A stretch of DNA of 64,000 nt from Eledone cirrhosa (lineage: Eukaryota): positions 93,496,001 through 93,560,000 of the forward strand of contig OZ024743.1 in NCBI GenBank assembly GCA_964016885.1, written 5' to 3'. Below the pieces are notes generated by a model, which worked only from the letters and a program-made list of their open reading frames with translations, was not told the DNA's origin and ran no database searches. Positions 37,742 to 52,076 of the stretch are shown one piece after another. The position numbers were made by a program, and so were the translations under genes. The stretch's first letter is position 1; each line of letters starts with the position of its first letter.

Positions 37742-38844
37742 TTAAAGTGTGATTTTGCACTGTTTATCAACTTATCACTTAAAGTCTGTCTCCAGCCAGA
37801 AGGCTCGTTAGGCCAGTGCTTATCTTAGTTTCATTGCATGAAGTGACTGACTGAGAATACAAGACTTCCCCCTGGACAGGATACCAGTCCATCACAGGGT
37901 TTAACTCCCAGTTATTGCTGATACTCAATTTCAGCTGAGTATACTGGACCAACATGAAATGAAGTGTTTTGCTCAAGAACACAACACGCAATTTAGCCCA
38001 GGAATCGAACCCACGGCATTATGATCATAAGTCCAACACCCTTACCCCCTTACCACTAGGCTATGTGCCTGCACAAGTTATCACAATTTACAGAAAAAGT
38101 TATCACCATTTCTGCAAATTATGGAATTTTCAAAATACAGAGAGCACGTGATGGGTGTCCTAGCCTTGAAGAGTTTAGAGACTCAAAATCATAATAGTTT
38201 AGTTATTGTTGTGTTCTCATTAACTGTTTTATCCTAAAGCAATCTAAGACACTATGTATGCATCTAACCCATGTAAACATGGGAAAATAGATGTTAAACG
38301 GTGGTGATGTTAGTGTGTATGTTTAGGAAATGTGTGTTAATGTATTTGGAGATACATCGCAAAACCAAATGGTCTTCCTGGTTACTAAATTATGATTTGA
38401 AAAATAGACTGGAAAAAAAAAAAAAAAAAAAATCATTTCTTTTAATCTTTTTGATTTAAAAATATATAGTGTGAAGCATTTATACTACAATTGACGTTTA
38501 CCAGTTATGTGTAACTAAACCAAATCAGAAGTATGAAATTTAGAAATTTTTATCTCTCTTCCCCTATCTCTCTATCTCCCCTTCTGTCTCTCCTTCCCTC
38601 TCGCTCACCCCTCTCTCGTCATCTTACTCTCTTCCTCACTCTCTCTCCTTATTTCTCTCACTCATTACATACCCTCACACTATCTTTCAAACATTTCTCT
38701 CTAAAATATATTCACTTCAGATGACATTACAGTTATCAGTTCTATTATGAGATATTGTGTCATTTGTGAGATTTGATATTATGTAAATCTAGAGTTGATC
38801 AAAATTATAAAACAAACTGATTGATTGTAATTTCACTTTTGCAG

Positions 38845-38910
38845 ACAATATTATATGTATGTGACTGACACACAATGTAAGCGGGTTGGGACTCAGTGCT
38901 GGGTTTTCTG
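38845..38910 (+). CDS. PTDSS1: PTDSS1 exon 10
   Basis: ttgcag|A ... TG|gtaag. Encodes QYYMYVTDTQCKRVGTQCWVF. Confidence 0.95.
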
Positions 38911-39869
38911 GTAAGTTGATATTTAATATTTAACATTTTTGTGTCATTTTTGAAAGCAGCTCCAGCTTCTTAACATCATCATGATCATCATCATTTTCCA
39001 TGCTTAGACAAAACTTCTCCATCACAGCATTTCATTACATGAGGTTCAGCCTCCTAAAATCAGGTTTTCAACACTGCTTGTTATGTTTTCCTTAGACTCT
39101 GTCTTCCAATGGTTCCATCCACTTTGAGTGTTTGTCATTTATATTTCTTTCTCACTTCCTCTCTCTCACTTTCTATTGTTCCCTGGAAAAAATCCATTTT
39201 GTTCAGACCTGAAGAAGATTGGGCTCCGTCATGTTTAAAAATGCACTAGAAATGCTGTATATCATAGTGGCACTGCTACGCTTCCCTCATGAGTTACAGG
39301 ACCATGCATGCATATTTTTACAAAACCGTTCTCCTCCACATGGCCATACCAATGAATCCTTCTCTCCTGTATACTACATCTCATTCTTCTTATACCCAGT
39401 TTTACTCTCAACTCATGTATACTCTCTTATTCATAGACACTAACATTACACATCTCAAAGAACATATTCATATTGTTTCTTCCCAGCCTTTACTCATCTT
39501 CTGAATTCAGTTGCCATGTTTCAGATTTATATAATATCTGTCTTCCTGCACAAGCATCATACTGCACAGTCTTTCATTTGGAGACACCCACAAAATTATT
39601 AACCATCTTGCTAACAACAACCCTGAGCACCTTTTTGAATTCCATATGTCTAACACCCATGGACATGCTTATAAAGTCAAAAATCATCACAGCTCCAATG
39701 TAGCAGTAATTGTTCCCTGAACTTTTTCCATCCTCTTCTTACTTTAGCTACTTCCCTTATTAGTAATACTTAATCACTGAATAGGTTGTGAAGCATCCTA
39801 ATCCAAATATTGTGAATATCTTACAAAAAAAATGAGTCTCTTAAATATTTGCCATTTATCCACTTTTAG

Positions 39870-39969
39870 TGCCATTACTTTAACAGAAGCTATTGTATGT
39901 GTCAAATTTGGAATGGACCTCTTCAAGAACACAGTCATGGTCTGGCTTCTCTTTTGGCTTGGAGTTCAA
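39870..39969 (+). CDS. PTDSS1: PTDSS1 exon 11
   Basis: ttttag|T ... CAA|gtaag. Encodes AITLTEAIVCVKFGMDLFKNTVMVWLLFWLGVQ. Confidence 0.93.
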
Positions 39970-40904
39970 GTAAGTACGTGTGTGTGTATATACACACATA
40001 TATGTATCAGCATCATCGTTTTTACGTCTACCTTTCCATGCTTGCATGGGCTGGACATTCTGAATACTAAATACAAATGGAATAGGATCTAACATGTAAT
40101 ATAGTGAGCTGGAAATATTTCATTAACTAAGTTTATACATGCAATTAGTAGACAAAAACTGCCTCTAGGCAGTAGAAACCTAGCCACAATCAGTTCTGTA
40201 TGAGCAAGACACGGTCATCTGATCTGACTTGTCTCACAACGGGATAACTTATCTAACCCATGCTAGCATGGAAAAAAATGAACGTTAAATGGTGATGATG
40301 ATGAAACCCCTCAAATGTTAAAAAAGATAATGTTTTACATTTACTTCATATATTTTAATTACAAAGAAATGTCTTCTGCCACACTTTTATTGCTGTACTA
40401 GTTGCTGTTGTGGATGCCACTTAGTACAGTCAACATTTTGATGTTAGTAGGACATTTAATGTTGATGTTTTTAAAGCATTGCAGTTATTTTGCTTGTATG
40501 TTGTTGACAAGGGACAAAACTCTTTCAGCAGCTACTGAAGAATGTGGCAATGAAAGCAGTTGCATCATGAATTTAGATAGTAACAGGCAGCCACCACATT
40601 TTTCTTGAGAAACAAATTTCTCAGGCTCATTTTGAGCATTTAGAGATTCATTTTACAGAGTTAGTTCCCTCCATTCTGTACTTATTTGTTGATATTGGTC
40701 TCCATGCACAATATTAGAAAATTTCCTTGACCATGGTAGGATGATTTTAGTTTACCTTCAATAACATTGGTCAATAACAAGTTGCCTGTTGGTAGAAATA
40801 TCCATTGTTTCATCTACAATGAAGGAGAACTTTGCTGAATTTAGCTTGGACAATACATCATGGAAAGCATTTGGACCGATCACATTTGAAAAAATGCAAG
40901 TTTG

Positions 40905-41190
40905 TACACGACTACTTTACAGTGTGGGCTGGTTGTTTTTTGTCATGGCACCTACACAACCACCTTACAGTGTGGATTGGGTACTTTTTGTCGTGACACC
41001 TACACAACCACTTTACAATGTCAACTGGGTGTTTTTTGTCGTGACACCTACATGACCACTTTACAGTGGGGGTTGGGTGCTTTTTGTCGTGACACCTACA
41101 TAACCACTTTACAGTGTGAACTGGGTGCTTCTTGTCATGTCACCTACACAACCACTTTACAGTGTGGGATGGGCACTTTTTGTCATGTCA
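40905..41190. repeat. About 40-bp tandem repeat (about 7 copies) derived from an RTE/SINE 3' UTR motif
   Basis: Unit resembles GACACCTACACAACCACTTTACAGTGTGGACTGGGTGCTTTTTGTCGT. The same motif is in the RTE 3' UTR at about 7605-7705. Confidence 0.85.
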
Positions 41191-41492
41191 TCAACATGGT
41201 ACTCTTATATTTTATAATCTACTTATTGTTCTCTAATGTGCTCATCTATCTTCTGACATCTTTGGCTGTCTTTAACATAATCGTGCAATACACTTATAAC
41301 CAGTTTTACTTTTCTAGTAGAATATTTATTCTAGTATATATTTATCTCCCTATAATTTTGCAGTGATGTTTCTTTTTATAATTTTCTTTTGTTTTCTATA
41401 GGATAACTATTATTTACTTGTTGTAAAAGTTAATGTAACTATCTCCCCCCCCCCCCCCTTTTTTTTTTAATATTAATTTTTTCCTCCTTCAG

Positions 41493-41549
41493 CTCCTGGG
41501 CAGTTTGGCCTGTGTTTACTCTTGTGCATTGTTTGCTAAAAGAAATGAG
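41493..41549 (+). CDS. PTDSS1: PTDSS1 exon 12
   Basis: Polypyrimidine ccttcag|CTC ... GAG|gtaaat. Encodes LLGSLACVYSCALFAKRNE. Phase 0/0 fits the neighbouring exons, but the sequence is less conserved. Confidence 0.75.
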
Positions 41550-42476
41550 GTAAATATAATTTTGAGCCATTATTCTGTAAGTACTTTGGTAATTCTTGGA
41601 ACTTGGAGAAAAAATTAACATCACTTGTGTAGATTTTACTAAAGTGAAGAAGTGATTCAAGTAATTGGATGAGGATTAGTGTTTGTTGTTTACTTTTCAT
41701 GGTTGCAGGAAACTGAACAGTGTAGGAGTTTCAAAGAGAGTGACTCATTTATAGGGAACAACTAGCAATCTTATAATTTTCTTAGCCACTCCTAGTGGCC
41801 TATTGGTAAGGGTGTTGGACTTACGATCATAATGTCATGAGTTCTATTCCCGGGTTGTGTTGTGTTCTTGAGCAATATTTCATGTTGCTCCAGTATACTC
41901 AGCTGAAAATGAGTACTAGTAATAGTTGGAGGTTTAACTCTGCAATGCACTGGTGTCCTGTCTAGGGAGCAGTTTTGTATTGTCAGTTGCTTCACGCCAC
42001 GAAACTGGGATAAGCACTGGCCTAACAAACCCTTGAGACAGTTACTCAAGCCTTGAGATCTAGACTAGACTTTAGTTGGTGTCATTTGTTTTCTTAGGAT
42101 CATGCCTTAAAGGAATTCATGGTTGGTTTAGTCTCAGAGATGCAATTATGATGAAATACATGTTACTGGTCATTAGAGATTCTGCTAACGTGACAATTGG
42201 TGGGGTTGTGGGATTATGATAGCCAGTGTTTTGAGTTATTTTAGCTGGGGAAATGTTAATATGTATGGTAAAAGAATTTCAAGAAATGCTGTTCTGGGGA
42301 TAATGATGAATGTTCAGTGCGTGATTTGGAAGGTGATAGAAAAAGAAGAAATGGTATGGGGGCAGGAATCATTGTAGTATTGTAGAAACATTAAAAGATA
42401 TAGAGTAAATATAATTTAAAATGGTTAGAGAACATTTGTAACTAAGAAAATTGGTAATTTTTATCCATGCTGAGGT

Positions 42477-43491
42477 CAAAGCCAGACTTTCATCTGTTAA
42501 GGCCCTAAGCTATAGGGCCTTATAAAATTTGGGTAAAAAGATTTTAAATATTGTTATATTTGGGGAGAGTCATGCCCTAATATTGCCAAAAATAGTAAAA
42601 TACACTCACTGTTTGGTTTGGTTTTCATTTCAGTATATTTTCATATTCTTATAAATAATTTATCATTGATTGACCAACAGTTAAATACAATTTCTCAAAG
42701 CAAAAACCAAACCAAAAAGTGAATGTGTTTTACTATTTTTGGCAATATTAGGGCAACATAACCCTCCCCACATATAACAATATCCGTTTCAACACACGAT
42801 TTCATATAAAAAACATTGCAAAACAAATACATCGCCAAATTTTAAATAATTCATCATCATCATCGTTTAACGTCCATCTTCCACGCTAGCATAGGTTAGA
42901 CAGTTTTGTTCCATTTTATGTGGGAATGGTTGGAAGATTGTGTCTCGCTCGTATGGAAGGCGTCTCTGGCAGGTTTTTTACAGCTGGATGCCCTTCCTAA
43001 CACCAACCACATTCACAGTGTGGACTGGGGGCCATTTCACCATGTCACCTTCATAACCACCTTACAGTGTGGACTGTTGTGTTATCAACACAGTGGATGG
43101 AATGGAAATGGGAGGATGGGTAAGGTGTGTAGCATGGGGTGTATATTGGGTTAAGAGGTGCCTACTTACAAGGTTTGTATGCAAGGGAAGGCAGGTCTTC
43201 TGTACAACTGCATGGCGCCAAAGATCCCGATCCAGTGACATTGTCTTAGAGAGGTGTAAGTGAGCAAGGTCAGTTTTTATCACCTTGTCCCAGGTTTTTA
43301 TAAATAATTATACATGATTATTATTTATTAGTGATTACAAAATTAAATTAGTTACAAAATGTTCCTTTTAACTAATTAATTAATTAAATTATTTATTTAT
43401 TTAATAAAAAATATATTTTCAAAAATGAGGCCCCTGAGGGTGTGTAACCTTAAGCTATAGCATATTTAGCTTATAGGTAAGTCCAGCACCG
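42477..43491. mobile_element. hAT-type MITE with nested foldback (about 42548-42783) and RTE fragment
   Basis: 8-bp TSD GCTGAGGT at 42469-42476 and 43492-43499. Degenerate TIRs CAAAGCCAGACTT / AAGTCCAGCACCG. Confidence 0.65.
42852..43300 (-). mobile_element. RTE 3' fragment with TSD
   Basis: KTMSLDRDLWR peptide, 3' UTR and GAT tail. TAAATAATT is duplicated at 42843-42851 and 43301-43309. Confidence 0.85.
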
Positions 43492-44128
43492 GCTGAGGTA
43501 CAGTTAGAACAAGTTTTTAAAATGGTAGGCCTCGCATTTAAGAATATGGCATACAATGAGTCTAGTCTGTACATTGGCATTGACATTCCTTTTACACCCA
43601 GTGAATTAAGTTAACACTGTACAGTTGGGATAATGAATTGAATTGGGTGGAAGGATTGAATGGAGCAACTTATGTGATATTAATTAAAAGAAGAAGCATA
43701 CAATTCTATGTATTCCCAACCAACCCTGTCATTTTAGAGAAACGGGTTTTGTTTTCTATGATTGTAATGTCTGTGTTGATCAGACAGTTGCTTGAAAGTA
43801 ACCAAAATACTGCACCCTAAATTGAGATGGAACCACATGGCATATTCTATAATATAGTGGTTAGCTGTGAAATACTCACTGTTACAGTCAGCATGCATGA
43901 CAGCTTTGGCTAAAATGTTAATTAAACGATGGTAGTGCAGGTTTTTACACTAGTAATGAGGTTAATGGCTAAATGATAAGGTGTAAAATTACTGATAGAA
44001 TATAGTTGGATATCTAAAAATATGTTGTATTTATATGTGTCTATATATGATGGCCAACTGAATACACGCATTTTTTTTTTTCTCATTTTCGACGTTTCTT
44101 CCTCTCATCACTTTTTACTTACTATTTA

Positions 44129-44164
44129 TCTTCTGATGAAGGACTAGCGTCTGAAACATTAAGA
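44129..44164 (+). ncRNA. Minimal PLE-type hammerhead motif
   Basis: TCTT-CTGATGA-A-GGAC-TAGC-GTCT-GAAA-CA-TT-AAGA. The helix III loop ACAT is one CpG-type change from palindromic ACGT. Confidence 0.6.
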
Positions 44165-44352
44165 CTCTCTTCCTGCTATTTCAAGCGTTAAATTAATATA
44201 TCTCTTCCATGTACTGTGCCATTTGTTTTATTACTTTTACATACACACATATATATATATGTATATATAGTTAGGGAAGTATATATATATATATATATAT
44301 ATATAATGTGTGTGTGTATACACATGTTAAATGCAATTACTTTTTCTCACAG

Positions 44353-44553
44353 CACAAAATGGATGCAGATTGGATGGACTGTGACAGTACGTATCGTACA
44401 ACACCTGAGCGTCAACATTACTCAGCACGTCATGTGCAGAATAATTCTGCAGAAACATTAGAGGGAAGCTGCACCACTCAAGAAACAAGCACCCTCAGTC
44501 GTAGTCCGCTACATCATAGGGTGAAGGGTAGCGTGACTAATGGAAGCCTCTAG
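44353..44553 (+). CDS. PTDSS1: PTDSS1 terminal coding exon
   Basis: ttctcacag|CAC. Hydrophilic tail ending KGSVTNGSL-stop, resembling the VTNG near the C-terminus of vertebrate PSS1. Phase 0. Confidence 0.8.
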   Translation, partial: HKMDADWMDCDSTYRTTPERQHYSARHVQNNSAETLEGSCTTQETSTLSRSPLHHRVKGSVTNGSL

Positions 44554-46159
44554 GCAATTAGATTGATTGAAAGATTGGTTTTGTTTCATTTCTCCTCCCT
44601 CCCCCCATGAGATTTGAAAATCACATGGGGAGGAGGTAGTTGTATTATCATGAAATGACTTCCATGGAAGCCAATGGTGGGTTCATTAAGAAATATTTAA
44701 ACAAAATAAACTACATTGGGCTGTTACTGTTTAACAACAGACAATCACGTAAGTAATTCCTGTAAGCCCAATGAGTCTAGTCTGTACATTGGCATTGACA
44801 TTCCATTTTACACCCAATGAATTAACCTAACAATGTGAGGCTGGGATAATGAATTGGGTGGAAGGATTGAATGGAGCAACTTATGAGATATTAATTTAAT
44901 TTTTTTTCTTTTAAAGTTTGAGATGGTGTAAGATTGGAAAAGATTATTTATTTCTCCTCTTTGTAACCAAAGACATTAATTAATCCCTAAAAAACTAAAA
45001 GAAAATTTTTTAACCTGCATATTTCTGCAGTTTGATGAGATTAAATGGGTTGATAAGAGACTACTGTCTCTTGGGGTCACAAGTTCATATCCTGTTATAG
45101 GTATTACAGTGTATCTAAGATTTTATGCATATTACTCAACTTAACTCTGTTTACTGAGTTATAGCTACCAAAGCATTTCTGAGGAAACTGTTAGAATTTA
45201 GCAATTCATCCAGCAATGGGGATTTCTCTATCTAAAATGTGAGAAGATTTATGGGTCAGCTTTACTTAAGCAAACCTATATGGAGTTAGATTAAGTGAAG
45301 CATTTGATCAGTATTTCAAGCTATGACCATCCTGTCAATGTTGTGGGTGTGTCTTAAGAATTAAAATATGTGATACTCGCTTTTTATACATGCGAAAGGA
45401 GTTTGTTGATAGAAATTTTACTATTGAGTATGTCAAATGATGTGGGAATTCCCTCACTGAATTGTCAGTAGAATCTTCAGGCTACTAGCTTGTGGGTCAT
45501 GGTTTGATATACTAACTCTTGGTAATCTTGTCACAAATTAGAGAGGCAAACTTTATTGTACAGTTACCATGGAGCAAACTGTTGAAGAACTATACAGCTT
45601 ATTGCTATTGAGCTTGTACATTATACCTCCTTAACTGATGGCTTTTTTCTCGACTTTAAGAATCTCGCCTTACTTTTCAATTGTATGTAGTTGACCTGCC
45701 AATCTTATTTGATCCAACAAATAATGAATTGGGAATGAATGAAAAATAGAAATCCATTATATATGTAAATAAAGATAAAAATATCTAATAACTGCTTTAG
45801 CTGGGATATGATAAAAACTTATATTATAAACTCTGCTGTATCTTCTCCCAGCACTTCTTTGGTTTTGTCATATTTCTAATATATCTATTGTTAGTTTAAT
45901 AACCATTTTATGACCATATATCTAATGAAGACGCTGCCTATAATTTTGAATATAATTAAGAATTTGGAGAGATTTAGAAATATAACTAACTTTCTCATTA
46001 TTTTATCAAGCCCATATTTAGAGCATAAAGATTCTTACATAAAATTAAGATTAAAAATTTTTAGATAAATTTAAAATTAAATTTTGTATCATAGAAATAG
46101 GATCAGTTTCAGGCAGCTTGGAACCAAAAGGGTTAAATGTTATTACACACACGCACGCG

Positions 46160-46190
<31 letters not shown>

Positions 46191-46716
46191 AAGAAAATCA
46201 TCTACCTCTGAAAAAATTTGGAAGCTGTAAAAGAGATTTGATAATTTACTTTATGTTGTTTGTATTTATTTATCAACTTGCTTGTGAGAAACTCGATAAT
46301 GTATTATATAAACTATAGATATTGGTATCTTAATGATTTTACTGAGAAAAGATTAATTAATTAATATTATATAGGCAATACTGTTATGACCCTTAACACT
46401 TTTTTTACACTTTATTTCATGAAAAGAAAAAAAAAATTATTAAAAAGGACAGAATTTTTGTATTTTTTCTGCTGGTTACCATAATGTGAGCGTGCCTGTA
46501 TTATCTTTGTTAGTATGTGTTTATACCATCTATTAATTAGCATTAACAAGCATGACTTATTGATTAGATTTGCTCATTACTGAATTTAGATACTCTAATG
46601 GATGAATCAGATAGATTCTGGAATCTATATAGAGTAAATATCATTTCGATATAATGCTAGTTTTAGCATAGATGAGATTTTAACCATCTGTAAATTAATA
46701 TATGTATGTATCTACC

Positions 46717-47893
46717 ATGTATGTGTATGTCTCTGAAAGATCAGTGATTGTCTACCACACCAATGTATGTGTATGTCTCTGAAACAACAGTGATTGTCTA
46801 CCACACCAATGTATGTGTATGTCTCTGAAACATCAGTGATTGTCTACCACACCAATGTATGTCTCTGAAACATCAGTGATTGTCTACCACACCAATGTAT
46901 GTGTATGTCTCTGAAACATCAGTGATTGTCTACCACACCAATGTATAATGTATGTCTCTGAAACATCAGTGATTGTCTACCACACCAATGTATGTGTATG
47001 TCTCTGAAACATCAGTGATTGTCTACCACACCAATGTATGTGTATGTCTCTGAAACATCAGTGATTGTCTACCACACCAATGTATGTGTATGTCTCTGAA
47101 ACATCAGAGATTGTCTACCACACCAATGTATGTCTCTGAAACATCAGTGATTGTCTACCACACCAATGTATGTGTATGTCTCTGAAACATCAATGATTGT
47201 CTACCACACCAATGTATGTGTATGTCTCTGAAACATCAGTGATTGTCTACCACACCAATGTATAATGTATGTCTCTGAAACATCAGTGATTGTCTACCAC
47301 ACCAATGTATGTGTATGTCTCTGAAACATCAGTGATTGTCTACCACACCAATGTATGTGTATGTCTCTGAAACATCAGTGATTGTTTACCACACCAATGT
47401 ATGTGTATGTCTCTGAAACATCAGTGATTGTCTACCACACCAATGTATGTGTATGTCTCTGAAACATCAGTGATTGTTTACCACACCAATGTATGTCTCT
47501 GAAACATCAGTGATTGTTTACCACACCAATGTATGTCTCTGAAACATCAGTGATTGTCTACCACACCAATGTATGTCTCTGAAACATCAGAGATTGTCTA
47601 CCACACCAATGTATGTCTCTGAAACATCAGTGATTGTCTACCACACCAATGTATGTCTCTGAAACATCAGTGATTGTCTACCACACCAATGTATAATGTA
47701 TGTCTCTGAAACATCAGTGATTGTCTACCACACCAATGTATAATGTATGTCTCTGAAACAACAGTGATTGTCTACCACACCAATGTATGTGTATGTCTCT
47801 GAAACATCAGTGATTGTTTACCACACCAATGTATGTGTATGTCTCTGAAACAACAGTGAACCACACCAATGTGTGTGTATGTGTGTCTGAAAG
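46717..47893. repeat. Minisatellite with 46-bp unit (40- and 47-bp variants), about 26 copies
   Basis: Unit AATGTATGTGTATGTCTCTGAAACATCAGTGATTGTCTACCACACC. Confidence 0.95.
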
Positions 47894-48038
47894 AATTTTG
47901 CATTATAATGTCTATTCACAGGATATGAATTAATGATTCTTCAACCAAACATTTGACGCCCTGTCAACCTATGGGACGTGGCTTCCCAGCCTGTAAGCAA
48001 ACCAGTAACAATACACAAACTGTTTGTGTGTAGCTGAC

Positions 48039-49046
<1,008 letters not shown>

Positions 49047-50735
49047 TGTGGTGAGACCAGAAGCCATTTATTTTCATAGAGAGTACCATTAACAAATCAA
49101 CTTGGCAGAACCCAGCTCGCCAGATTATACCTACGGCAGGATTTTAGTTAGGTACTGCAAACTAATGAAACATTCATCATTTATACAGTGCTGCTACCTA
49201 TAACCATATAAGGTCTTCCTGTCTATAACATTTATTTACAGATATATGAAATAGATGAACTAGTACCATTTAAATATCAAGTGTTTTGGTCAAGGGCATT
49301 GCACAATGAAATGACTTGAACATTTGACTTATCAGCTGTCAGTTGGACAGTCTGTTGATTCAACAAGCTGACACACATACACATGCATGAGATGAAGACT
49401 ATTTAGAGAATGCCATTTTTATATTTCTGCTTAATCATGATATCATGATTTTCTATCTGCTAATGAAAGATTTTACTGCTGTTATTGTTGTTTCTGCCAG
49501 GAGTTGCAACTGGTAGATAGTATCAGCAATGGAAACATTGAGGTCTGGGATCTTGTTGATCGATTTGATCAATTGTTGTTGCCCCAAATAGAAGTTCCAT
49601 GTTGCAATATGGAAGTGGCAGACACCATTCAACTGAAATTGATTTAAGGTTTGAAATTTCTGTTGAACACTTAGTCACGAGGACTGTGTTAGGGAACATT
49701 TGGGTAGAGCAATTAGTATTCCAATTAAAATATGGTCCCATGTTGAAAATGTTGTTTTATTGGAACTGGGTGTTTTTGTTCATAGCCAGTAGTGGGTTTT
49801 TTTTTTCTTCTTTCTACTGGGGAATATTAGAAAGAAGTTTTATACTGATGGCTACAAAGAAATTGAGTTACCTCTCATATAACAGATTTATTCAGCTAAA
49901 TGTATTTGTTGCATATTTATTACTATTATTGGAGATGAAGAGGCTGCAAAATAGTTAACTTTATGCATAAATATTACTTTTTTTTTAATTCTTTTTTTTT
50001 TTTTACAAAAAAGACAACAAAAAAAGCATATGGCAATACCATGTTCATTGTAAATTGAATATTTGTCCCTAATTTCAATAATTTCATTATTTTAAATTGG
50101 TAAAGGTAAATCTACAAAGTGACCCATAGTAACATCATAAGAACATGTCTAAAGTAATAACACAATTTCTAAATTAATAGAAACTCTTCATTTGGCACAT
50201 GTTTATTTTGACACTACACTAGTTAGTTTATATGGGTTCACCAGCTCTAGTTTAGAACATCAATTTTATATATTACTGTTCCCTTCCTTCATTTTACTCC
50301 ACTTTTTATTTTATTTTGATTTTTGTTATTTTGTATGTTAGGTGTGGGGTTCGGGTTGGGGTTCAAATTTGAGTGACCCCTACCAATTTCAGAGAACCTC
50401 ATGAAAAGGAAATGGACTGAAATTGGTAATTCTCGTTTTCCACTCCAGGCCCAGTGGATTACTTGAAGTGAGCACTGCAAGCATGCCAATAAAATACTTG
50501 TCAATTGTACAACATTCCCACGTCCTCAAGCAGTGAGTTTATACTTATGCACGAGGCATATTTATTATATTCAGTGACTAAACCATATGAAGTTAAATGT
50601 TGTGGCTATGTGGCGTATTGCTACCAATAAAAAATAAACTATTGACTCTGACCAATAAACTGAAAGCCTATATACACGACCAGCTGTCTCCCAATGTAAA
50701 AACAAAGCAGTAAAAATATACAAGATTTTTCTGAG

Positions 50736-50825
50736 TTTTTTGTTTATTCGTTTTTTGTTTATTCGTTTTTTGTTTATTCGTTTTTTGTTTATTCGTTTTT
50801 TGATTATTCGTTTTTTGATTTTTGT
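50736..50825. repeat. 15-bp tandem repeat (TTTTTTGTTTATTCG), about 5-6 copies
   Basis: Direct reading. Confidence 0.9.
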
Positions 50826-51907
50826 TGTTTTTTTAATTAATTCAGCATGTAACTATTGGTTTTTATCTTATTTTTGTGTGTGTGTGTGTGTGTGTAAAGA
50901 ATATTACTGTGTTAAAAACTGAATCCTTTTCAATGAGAGAAGTTTAAAGAAAACCCACACTTAATATACCCCTCTAATTAGTGCTACATTAATAACCCAT
51001 TGTCTAGATTCTCTGGGTTTTTCCTGATAAATAGACAGTCACACACAATAATTTGTCTTAGTGATCTAGCTTTGGTCCAGGCATGCAAGTGCAAATACCA
51101 TTTTATGAATACACACTTGGTTAGCACCCTGAGACAAGTTTTGCTCAATACATGTTCCAGCCATATCTCATTGAGTGAGTAATTGTGAGCAAATGGGTTT
51201 ATATAGTCTAAAAGTTATTAAAATCAATGATCTACTAGGGTAAAGAATATCTTCTTTGCCCACTTGTCAGAAGCAACCGTCACCAACTGATCTGGCCGAA
51301 TCCCTAAGTGATATCAGCCGAGTTGATGGATGTTGTCCAACCATCTTGCTTGAGGTCTACTCCTGGGTCTCGTTCAAAGATTCTTTCCTGAGACATTCTA
51401 ACCACATGCCCATACTATCGAAGCTGTGATCTCTGACTCCTCAGCTACGCCACACCCTATCAAGTAACATTATTCCAAAGACCCTTTGGAGGAACCCCAT
51501 TTCAGCCACTTGTATTCGCAATCATATTCTTTCGATCCTTACCCTAGGTAAAGGTTGGCATGAATATTAAATTGCAGTATTATTGATATTAATTGACTTT
51601 TCTTTAAAATTGGTTTAGTATATAGACAAGAGATGCCATCCCTCCATTCCTCTGCATTTGTTATTTTATTTTTTTAACCTATAAACACATTTCTTTGGAA
51701 AGTGTGTCCAAGAACGTTTTAATTATTTTGCCTTTTATTGCTTTAGTACTCCCATTCCTTTTTCCAAACGGATCATCCAACAAATATTGGAGGATTTTCG
51801 GACAGACAACCCTTAATTCACTAAATTTTGTCTACAAATATTTTTTTCTGTTATCCTTTTTCAAATTATTTTTAATTTATTATAAAACACACGCGCACAC
51901 ACATATA

Positions 51908-52076
51908 TATTAGGAGTCGAGGCCTGACGGCTGGGCTCTCTGTTTCAACAGCTAGTTCCAAATAAGTCTGGAACTAGCTGGTGAGTGAGAGCCTAGCCGT
52001 CAGGTCACACACCACGCTTATTGAGTGCTTTGTTCAATAAAGGTCTGGCTTGTTTAAAACTGGTTTAATCCTGATA
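51908..52076 (+). other. Short element between TA tracts with a strong internal hairpin (possible solo LTR)
   Basis: Inverted ends TATTAGGA/TCCTGATA, internal hairpin at 51921-52006, and AATAAA about 30 nt before the right end. Confidence 0.4.

Noticed and set aside
46717-47893. CRISPR array or tandem ribozyme array (CTGATG on the minus strand)
   Set aside because: There are no spacers, and CTGATG is followed by TTTC rather than A plus helix II and GAAA.
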